Of a DNA stretch of 32,000 bases, positions 28,862 through 32,000 are shown piece after piece; the first letter of the stretch is position 1, and the number at the start of each line of letters is the position of its first letter. The notes below the pieces were generated by a model. It was given only the letters and a program-made list of their open reading frames with translations. It ran no database searches and was not told the origin of the DNA. The translations under genes and the position numbers were made by a program. This stretch comes from Candidatus Saccharimonadota bacterium (GTDB lineage: Bacteria > Pseudomonadota > Alphaproteobacteria > Rickettsiales > Anaplasmataceae). The stretch covers positions 60,001 to 92,000 of the forward strand of contig NZ_CP046579.1 in assembly GCF_013365475.1 (NCBI RefSeq), given 5' to 3'.

Positions 28862-30205
28862 TCATTTATGTGAGTAAACGGTTTTTCCAGATACAATAGT
28901 GCGCACTATGCATCCTTTTACCTTACGCCCATCAAAGGGAGAATTTTTTGACTTACTGGCAAAATTATCAATTTTTATTTCCCATTCATGATTTGGGTCA
29001 ACCAGAATTAAATCTGCAGCAAGGTTTCTTCGTATACGACCGCGTGGTACGTGTATTATATCTGCAGGCTTATATGTAAGTTTTGCGAGTACGTCAAGCA
29101 AACTCATTTGCCCACTATGATAAAGTTCAAGTGAAAGTGGAAGTATTGTTTCAAGACCTACAATACCAAATGCAGCGTTTTCTAGTGGTAGATCTTTAGA
29201 ATGACGATCATGTGGTGCATGATCAGTTGCAATGCAGTCAATTATACCAGTCTTCAAGCCTTCAACCATAGCCAAACGGTCTTCTTCAGTACGAAGTGGC
29301 GGGTTCACTTTTGCAAGTGCTCCATGTTGTTTTACTACATCCTCAGTTAAAGTAAAATGATGAGGAGTTACCTCACACGTAACATTTAACCCTAAATCTT
29401 TTGCACGTTTAATAGCATCGAGCGAATCTTTTGAGGAGACATGTAAAATGTGATAGTGCACGTTTCTCATATCTTTCATAAGTAGTATGTCACGACTTAC
29501 CATAATAGACTCTGACGTACTTAAAATTCCCTTTACTCCTAATTCTTCAGAAATCTTACCTGCGTTAACCACACCACTTGCTGATAAATTTAAATCTTCT
29601 GCATGTTGAGCGATAGGAACGCTTAGCATGCTTGAGTAAAGCATTGCTTGCCTCATAATCATCGAATTCATAACTGGCATACCATCATCAGTAAATCCAA
29701 CTGCACCAGCTTCTTTTAAAAGAACCATCTCAGTCAACCTTTCCTTTGAAGAAGTGATTTTAGCATAAAATTCAACGTTTACATGTGAAGTTTCAGATGC
29801 TCTATACTTCAAATACCTAGCTAAAACAGCACTATCTATTGCTGGAACAGTATTAGGCTGACAAACCACAGTTGTCACACCCCCAGCAGCTGCAGATTTA
29901 CTACCTGTATATATAGTTTCTTTATGCTCTTGACCTGGTTCACGAAAATGCACATGAATATCAATAATACCAGGCATTAGGAGAAGTCCTTTACAGTCTA
30001 CTATCTCGTCAATTCCACTTGGGACACTACTAGAAAGTAATGTTTCACTAAAATCAACAATCTTACTCCCTTGAGTTAGCAGTGAGCCTTTTATATCAAG
30101 TTTAGTCTCTGGGTCAACAATACGAGCATTTGTATATACCACTTTGTAGTTTTCTTTCTGCCCTATTTGCAATAAACTCCAAGTTTTAGCCATGAGTTCA
30201 TACAT
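28862..30205 (-). CDS. pyrC: Dihydroorotase
   Basis: Metal-binding DIHVHFREPG, VTPHHF, and DCIATDHAPH. Length 447 aa. Confidence 0.9.
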   Translation of the reverse strand: MYELMAKTWSLLQIGQKENYKVVYTNARIVDPETKLDIKGSLLTQGSKIVDFSETLLSSSVPSGIDEIVDCKGLLLMPGIIDIHVHFREPGQEHKETIYTGSKSAAAGGVTTVVCQPNTVPAIDSAVLARYLKYRASETSHVNVEFYAKITSSKERLTEMVLLKEAGAVGFTDDGMPVMNSMIMRQAMLYSSMLSVPIAQHAEDLNLSASGVVNAGKISEELGVKGILSTSESIMVSRDILLMKDMRNVHYHILHVSSKDSLDAIKRAKDLGLNVTCEVTPHHFTLTEDVVKQHGALAKVNPPLRTEEDRLAMVEGLKTGIIDCIATDHAPHDRHSKDLPLENAAFGIVGLETILPLSLELYHSGQMSLLDVLAKLTYKPADIIHVPRGRIRRNLAADLILVDPNHEWEIKIDNFASKSKNSPFDGRKVKGCIVRTIVSGKTVYSHK

Positions 30206-30652
30206 TAATCATATACTAAATCTAAAGTTTTTTTTTTAGAATACAACTAAATTAAAATACAAGATAGGAAAGGTTTATTGTCACTTTTTAACTCTCTCTA
30301 AAAACAGACACCATAAAGTTGCTGTTTCTATGTATTATATGTGATATGCATAAAAATAGATCTTTATTGCCACCTTTTGACTTTTTTAAAAAATTAAGCC
30401 CAAGGATTGGTAAGGATTACTTTATCTGTGTTTATCCTTTTTTAAGATTGAAAGATTAGAATAGTAGGTAAATGTAAAAGTGGGGTTCGACTATGAAAGC
30501 AAATTCTCTAATAGAAGCTAATCTATGTCTTTCTAATTTATCTTAGTTATATAAAACATTTAGTTAATTTAAAAGTCCAGTTCAACTCTTTATTGTTAGT
30601 TCAGCAAAATAAGCTTCCTAGCAGATAAATAGCTTTAATATTGAGGGTTTAT

Positions 30653-31375
30653 ATGAGTATAGATATATTAACTACTAATATACATAAATTAAAAGTATGC
30701 ACAGATAAGAATAAAAAGAGAGAGCAAGAAAAAAAGGATGAGAGATCCCGTATCTCTACAGAGAGAAACATAAAAAAAGTCAAGTATAAACATAAAAAAC
30801 AAAAAGATCAAGACAAAACTATCAAGAAGTATAAAAAGTTAATCAATGAAAGTACCAGTTCTGGGATATTAAGCAATCTAGAAGAATCACTTATAGGAAA
30901 AGGGAGATATTATAGTCACTATATTCAACAATTCTTTCCAGGATTAAATGGAAAGATACTGAGCTATGTAAAAGAAAAGGAAATAAGGCAAGTAACTTCG
31001 GAAGCTACTCACATCAGAGAATATTTCTTGAATATTATTACTGACAAGCGAAGTAATTATAGGACCACCAAAGATATAAAACTAGAAAGTCGCTATAGCA
31101 TGGGTTTTGAATATGATTGTAAAGTAAAAATAAATCCTAGAGTAGTAAACAATAGTATTCGGCTATTAGAAGCAATTGAAAGTCAAAATGACAGTAAATT
31201 TAGAAAATATCTAAAAAATAAGAAAGGCAAGGGCATTGTATGCTTTATTCCATTGCTAAAAATGGGACAGAAACCTAAATTTTTAAATGCTATAATTAAG
31301 ACGATCATAAAGGAAAACTCAGTACAGATTGTGTTGAGAGCAAAAATCAGAAAAAGATCACTCTTCATTAGATAA
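30653..31375 (+). CDS. Hypothetical highly basic protein, about 240 aa
   Basis: Intact ORF from the ATG at 30653 (the track's 30641 start is a TTG). Lys/Arg-rich N-terminal third: KNKKREQEKKDERSR, KKVKYKHKKQKDQDKTIKKYKK. Basic C-terminus LRAKIRKRSLFIR. No recognisable family motif. Confidence 0.55.
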   Translation: MSIDILTTNIHKLKVCTDKNKKREQEKKDERSRISTERNIKKVKYKHKKQKDQDKTIKKYKKLINESTSSGILSNLEESLIGKGRYYSHYIQQFFPGLNGKILSYVKEKEIRQVTSEATHIREYFLNIITDKRSNYRTTKDIKLESRYSMGFEYDCKVKINPRVVNNSIRLLEAIESQNDSKFRKYLKNKKGKGIVCFIPLLKMGQKPKFLNAIIKTIIKENSVQIVLRAKIRKRSLFIR

Positions 31376-31429
31376 TTACCAATGGAATGGTAAAAAGTCG
31401 ATTCTCGTACAGTCTAGAACAATGACAAT

Positions 31430-32000
31430 ATGTTTAAGTTTTTCTTAAAATTACCAAAGTATAAGATCAGTTCTAGCAACTTGGAATTATCTATAGATGA
31501 ACTACAAGGAATAAGAGAAGAGCAAAAAGACTACTATGACCTCTTAGAAAAATTAATGGAGTTAGTAAAGCAATCCAGATTAGAGCAGAAAATCTGCATA
31601 GAAAAAGAAATTAAAGATGTCATGACGCATGCTCTAAATGCTTTAGACATTAACAATTACTTTATAATTAACAACTACAATAAAAAACTTTTTAAAGAGC
31701 TACTGCAAAAACAATTTGATATTAGACATGAAGTTGCAAACGGCAACAATGCTCTACACCTGATAGCTTTAAAACTAAAAAAAGAACAATTTATTAGTGC
31801 TATAAATAATAATAAGAATCGAGAAGGACAAACGCTTCTACACCAATTACTCTATTATATCCATGAAAGAAGTAAAAACCCTTCATCAATAAGCAAAATA
31901 AAAAACGTAGTAAGAAAAGAATTCAAGGACAAAAACAGGCATAAAATGCTAAAGTTCTTACTAGAAAATGGTGCCGATATTATCACTCAGGATAAAAAAG
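31430..32000 (+). CDS. Ankyrin-repeat protein, 3' end off-window
   Basis: This ORF is not in the supplied track because it runs off the window. From the ATG at 31430 the frame is open for 190 codons: MFKFFLKLPKYKISSSNLELSIDELQGIREEQ... Ankyrin-like cores are NGNNALHLIALKLKKEQF, EGQTLLHQLLYYI and MLKFLLENGADIITQDKK. Confidence 0.7.
   Translation, partial: MFKFFLKLPKYKISSSNLELSIDELQGIREEQKDYYDLLEKLMELVKQSRLEQKICIEKEIKDVMTHALNALDINNYFIINNYNKKLFKELLQKQFDIRHEVANGNNALHLIALKLKKEQFISAINNNKNREGQTLLHQLLYYIHERSKNPSSISKIKNVVRKEFKDKNRHKMLKFLLENGADIITQDKK

Noticed and set aside
30470-30560. tRNA/tmRNA-like motif GTGGGGTTCGACTATG followed by a short frame starting GCA AAT (A N S L I E A N L C L S N L S *)
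   Set aside because: The GGTTCGA has no complementary T-stem or acceptor pairing. The putative tag does not end in the usual hydrophobic xAA terminus. No cloverleaf or tRNA-like domain can be drawn.
1-32000. Search for CRISPR arrays, IS/transposase genes, integrases, prophage genes, toxin-antitoxin pairs or known defence-system domains
   Set aside because: No direct-repeat/spacer periodicity, no DDE, serine- or tyrosine-recombinase motifs, and no small adjacent ORF pairs were seen. The window reads as core chromosome plus orphan genes and gene wreckage.

Overview
This is an AT-rich chromosomal window (roughly 30% GC by eye). Its gene content and layout look like an obligate intracellular alphaproteobacterium of the Rickettsiales/Anaplasmataceae, most like Ehrlichia. 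All assignments come from reading motifs in the supplied translations; no database search was run. The backbone is housekeeping: recF (5' end off-window), RNase P RNA, ctrA, gpsA, pgpA, a GNAT acetyltransferase, sdhB, ybeY, dut, argB, engB, prfA, alaS, a type-2 ileS, miaB, gltX and pyrC. I found no tRNA, rRNA, CRISPR array, transposase/IS, prophage or recognisable defence or toxin-antitoxin module. About 6.9 kb (around 22%) lies in unusually long spacers of 0.3-2 kb, while two convergent gene pairs abut with only 3-4 nt between stops. Items worth a second look: (1) essential alaS is broken by a frame change inside an A11 run, and an A12 or A9 tract, or a -1 slip, restores the frame. (2) The 2-kb gap at 8916-10969 holds an eroded ftsZ relic whose tubulin signature is degenerate, with a possible ftsA relic upstream in collinear order. 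(3) A PAS-only membrane sensor ends at a PAS-domain boundary with no kinase core. (4) Lineage-restricted candidate host-interaction genes: a 911-aa protein with a paired hydrophobic hairpin and a long helical region just downstream of ileS, a 210-aa hairpin membrane protein, and a very basic 240-aa protein followed by an ankyrin-repeat protein at the right edge. None of these is a demonstrable new multi-gene system from sequence alone.
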